Source: Eledone cirrhosa (taxonomy: Eukaryota). Taken from it: a stretch of 64,000 nt of DNA. The notes beneath the pieces are model-generated. The model did no database searches. It saw only the letters and a list, made by a program, of their open reading frames with translations, and was not told where the DNA came from. Positions 62,766-64,000 of the stretch are shown piece after piece. The stretch covers positions 20,646,001 to 20,710,000 of the forward strand of contig OZ024753.1 in the NCBI GenBank assembly GCA_964016885.1. Direction: 5' to 3'. Made by a program: the position numbers and the translations under genes. Position 1 is the first letter of the stretch, and each line of letters begins with the position of its first letter.

Positions 62766-63807
62766 TGTAACTTCCTCCCCTGCTCCCAAACAGTATGGAT
62801 GCTACCAGGAAATAGTATTTTGGCCTATACTCTAACACGCTTTTTTCTTTTGTTATTGTTTAGCTTCAGGCCAAGCATAGAATTTATTTCTCATTTGGTT
62901 AATGCTGTTAAACAAGATTTAAGATTTCCCCGGGGCTTCAGAATTGTTGGTATTTCACTTTTACTCATTTTTAAAGAGTTAAATATTACTAGAGGGGATA
63001 TTGTGGGTACTTTTAACAACCAGGTATGATAACACACAGAGAAATCAATCAAGAGAAATAATAAAAGAAAAAAAAACCGGATATAATTTAAAAATAGCTG
63101 CCTGAAGATCAGTTCATATATCTATTGAAACTACTTTAAAATTAAAACAAACAAACATACATACATACAAGTACACCTTATATTTTGGAGGATATATATA
63201 TATATACACACACACACAAATATATATACACACACACATTCACATATACACATGTATTTATATATAATCATATATAATGATATAAAGTTGTCTGTCTTTT
63301 GCGATTTTCCTTTATTTTTGTTATTTATTTTATTATGGTCAATGTATTCTTTCCTGCTTCTTTTTTCCTTCTTTGTCTGTTTTCTTCTTTCCATCCAAGA
63401 TTGCATATATTGATTACTATTTGGAAAACATCTCACCAACTTTCTAAATAGGCTCACATTTAACCAATATTTACATCTAACTAGGTAGTAGAATGTTCTT
63501 CACAGATAACTTGGTCTAAACAACATGGAAAATTACAGTGCCAGACCAAGTATTGATTTAGTATATATAGTAGCTGATGAAAACTTGTTTACACAATGAT
63601 TCTTCTCAATGCTACTTTGCTGTGAAATATTCTTCAATATATTGGAATACATATATTAATATACTTTGTTTTCTTTTTTGTCTGCTGTTAATTTTTTGTT
63701 TTGTTTTACTTTTATTTATGCCAGTTGTTGGATATTAAAAAATATATAAATTCATTTATCTAAAGCTTAGAATAAGAAGTATTCAAATATTCATGGCTAA
63801 TAACAAC

Positions 63808-64000
63808 AATATTATTATTATTATCATTATTGTTCTTTGAGTCTCAGTCATTGATGTTAGTTAACTGGAAAGTTTGTTGAAATGAATATCAAGCCACTAC
63901 CTGCGGCCTCAGATATTCAGGATGTATCAGAGGGTTCTTGCTGTTCCCAGCAAGCATGCCTTTTGAAGCGTTCCAAAAAGCGGGGCGGGCCAATTTTCTT
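63808..64000 (-). mobile_element. 3' end of an R4/Dong-like (RLE) non-LTR retrotransposon with (TAA)n tail
   Basis: Minus strand encodes LQKACLLGTARTL*YILNI*, followed by a short UTR and AATAATGATAATAATAAT. Confidence 0.65.

Noticed and set aside
63100-63135. Hammerhead-like CTGAAGA...GAAAC
   Set aside because: No convincing stems I, II or III.

Overview
Repeat-saturated, AT-rich eukaryotic DNA. The SINE/LINE repertoire looks like an octopus (cephalopod) genome, which is an inference. I recognised no host protein-coding gene. Bases 1-20.7 kb hold (TA)n/(CA)n microsatellites, fragments of Tx1/L1, RTE and Penelope-like retroelements (several with hammerhead ribozyme motifs) and tRNA-derived SINEs. 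Bases 20.8-61.5 kb are a tandem array of roughly 750 copies of a 45-bp monomer. The array is interrupted by an intact, young CsRN1-type Ty3/Gypsy LTR retrotransposon (24724-30508), two copies of one SINE and a non-autonomous hAT/Charlie element. The main observation is that every monomer carries a near-consensus CTCF core motif on the minus strand (CAGCCACTAGATGGAGCTG). The array is therefore hundreds of co-oriented candidate CTCF sites, facing a lone identical 15-bp motif in convergent orientation at 13757. The long ORFs over the array are artefacts of a 45-bp (15-codon) period.
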